Part shown: positions 62,301 through 64,000 of the stretch, piece after piece
How positions within the stretch are numbered: position 1 is the stretch's first letter
Layout of the letters: each line of letters opens with the position of its first letter
Virus record (IMG/VR): IMGVR_UViG_3300030330_005258
Span: 1-64,000 of that record
Reading direction: 5' to 3' (one strand)
DNA length: 64,000 nt
Source: a virus
Taxonomy: Duplodnaviria > Caudoviricetes
Notes under the pieces: model-generated
Databases searched by the model: none
The model's input: only the letters and a program-made list of their open reading frames with translations
Told to the model about the DNA's origin: nothing
Translations under genes and position numbers: made by a program

Positions 62301-64000
62301 GTGACAATTCCTACAATCTTTATTCCTATATGTGATCAAAATTTGTGGATATTAAAAATATATTCACATTTGTTTAAAAAGTTTTGGGGTGACGAGCAAC
62401 CGGTGGTTGTTCTTGGATTTGGAAAGCCTGATTTTGAATTACCAAAAAACTTCACATTTGTTTCACTAGCAGAGAAACAAGAGGGCGGTGCGTCTAAGTG
62501 GACAAGATACCTCTATAATTATTTTTCTTCGATTGAAGATGAACATGTGATTTTTACATTAGAAGACTTCTTCCCAATCCAGAAACCGAATATAGAGGTT
62601 TTAAATTCTCTGTATAGCTTTGCTAAAAAACATGACATAGGGAGATGTGATATAACTTGGGATTCTTATGTTAATATTTTCGATAAAAATAATATCGCTA
62701 CCAGAAGCAAGAGTTATAAAGTATTAGCAAAGAATGATGATTTTGTTATTTTAGATATTCCAAAAAATGCCCCATATAGGATCTCAACCCAGCCATCCAT
62801 TTGGCAAAGACAGTATTTGCTAAATTTTTTGAACAACGACTGGTCGCCCTGGGATTTTGAAATACGTGGGACACATGAATCTTCCAAGTCAGATAAAAAA
62901 ATAATCGCTATTGCGGATTCAACATTTGTAAACTATCCCACCAAATGGATTCACAAAGGTGCTGTCTCAAGATACCACGAAGGAAAAATTAATGTTCTTG
63001 GCTTAGATATCAAGACAATCAAAGAATTAATTGACTTAGACCTAGTTCAGCAAGAGAATCTTCAATGGGGTCAATGGAATGGAAGCGTGCCGACCTTTGA
63101 TGAATTAGGTGGCTTTGATTTTCACCCAGTTAAGATGCCCGCACACGAAGCTTCCGCAACGAATTGGAAAGAATATCAAAACATCTACAATCCTGATAAA
63201 GAAATCGTAAACCTGTTTGATAACACCTTTTCTCATACTAAAGACTTATGGGGATATATAACTGCAACCGGCGTCAAGATGTGGGGTAAGCCCCAGAAGA
63301 TAGAATTTATTAAAAATAAAATGAACTATGATGGTATAACTTTTTTTGTGGACGATTACATATCAAATATCAATCTTGTTAAAGCGGTAAATAGTAAATA
63401 TAAAGTTGCTTGGTTGCTAGAGCCAAAAGAGTTAAAGCCAAATCCATACATGGCTGTTGAACATCACTCAGACGAATTTGATCTTGTCATAACCCACGAC
63501 AGCCAGCTAATACAGCGATTTAAAAATTGTAAGCATATTCAACAAGCTGAATGTAGAGTCGCTCATGAAGATTGGGGCATTCACAAAAAAGACAAAATGG
63601 TCTCTTTAATAGCAGCTAACAAAAAAATGATGGAAGGTCATCGATTTAGGTTTACTGTCGCGGAAAAACTACACGCAAAGCACAACTTTGATCTTTACGG
63701 CGCTGCTTTCAATAATAGATTTGAAAACAAAACTGATGCCTTAAAAGATTACTATTTTTCAATTACAATCCACAATACAATACAAGATAATTTTTTTACT
63801 GATGGTATTGTTGATTGCTTTGCACTTGGAACTATCCCTATATTTAGAGGTTGCCCCAACATAGGCAAGTTTTTTAACAAAGATGGCATAATATGCTTTA
63901 ATACAATAGATGAATTGGATGTCATATTAACTAACTTGACAGAAAAAGATTACTATGATAGGATAGAGGCAGTTAAAGAAAACTATGAAATATCTAAAAG
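62301..64000 (+). CDS. Glycosyltransferase fusion with C-terminal GT10 fucosyltransferase-like domain (runs off window)
   Basis: Open from GTG 62301; YYFSITIHN...FFTDGIVDCFALGTIPIFRG..NIGKFFN. Confidence 0.75.
   Translation, partial: MTIPTIFIPICDQNLWILKIYSHLFKKFWGDEQPVVVLGFGKPDFELPKNFTFVSLAEKQEGGASKWTRYLYNYFSSIEDEHVIFTLEDFFPIQKPNIEVLNSLYSFAKKHDIGRCDITWDSYVNIFDKNNIATRSKSYKVLAKNDDFVILDIPKNAPYRISTQPSIWQRQYLLNFLNNDWSPWDFEIRGTHESSKSDKKIIAIADSTFVNYPTKWIHKGAVSRYHEGKINVLGLDIKTIKELIDLDLVQQENLQWGQWNGSVPTFDELGGFDFHPVKMPAHEASATNWKEYQNIYNPDKEIVNLFDNTFSHTKDLWGYITATGVKMWGKPQKIEFIKNKMNYDGITFFVDDYISNINLVKAVNSKYKVAWLLEPKELKPNPYMAVEHHSDEFDLVITHDSQLIQRFKNCKHIQQAECRVAHEDWGIHKKDKMVSLIAANKKMMEGHRFRFTVAEKLHAKHNFDLYGAAFNNRFENKTDALKDYYFSITIHNTIQDNFFTDGIVDCFALGTIPIFRGCPNIGKFFNKDGIICFNTIDELDVILTNLTEKDYYDRIEAVKENYEISK

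Overview
64 kb of a large (jumbo-type) bacteriophage genome. All credible genes lie on the + strand and are densely packed. It has three parts. (1) 1-9.6 kb: phage GroEL C-terminus, a degenerate Dam-like protein, a 1009-aa multi-module protein, a trypsin-like protease, a nucleotidyltransferase and a glutaredoxin. (2) 9.6-31.5 kb: an early/accessory region with rising GC. It holds TilS, six tRNAs, two homologous tRNA-ended non-coding RNAs, a MoxR-type AAA ATPase with a DUF2201 partner, and many tiny genes. These are divided into cassettes by about 24 near-consensus sigma70 promoters, 15 of which carry helically phased GTGAC direct-repeat boxes. (3) 31.6-64 kb: lower-GC genes, many preceded by an ACTANTTA motif. 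About 12 proteins share an N-terminal leader (MKLLIENWRKFLTE-like) resembling the T4 capsid-targeting sequence, and it is attached to kinase-like, ADP-ribosyltransferase-like and nucleotidyltransferase/ligase-like domains. Metabolic genes (cytochrome c, aldolase, eukaryotic-type PMM, PhoH) and a glycosylation cluster follow. About 30 small MKVGDLV (SH3/KOW-like) paralogues are spread across the window, several chained by a repeated multifunctional junction. All product calls come from motifs recognised by eye; no database search was run.
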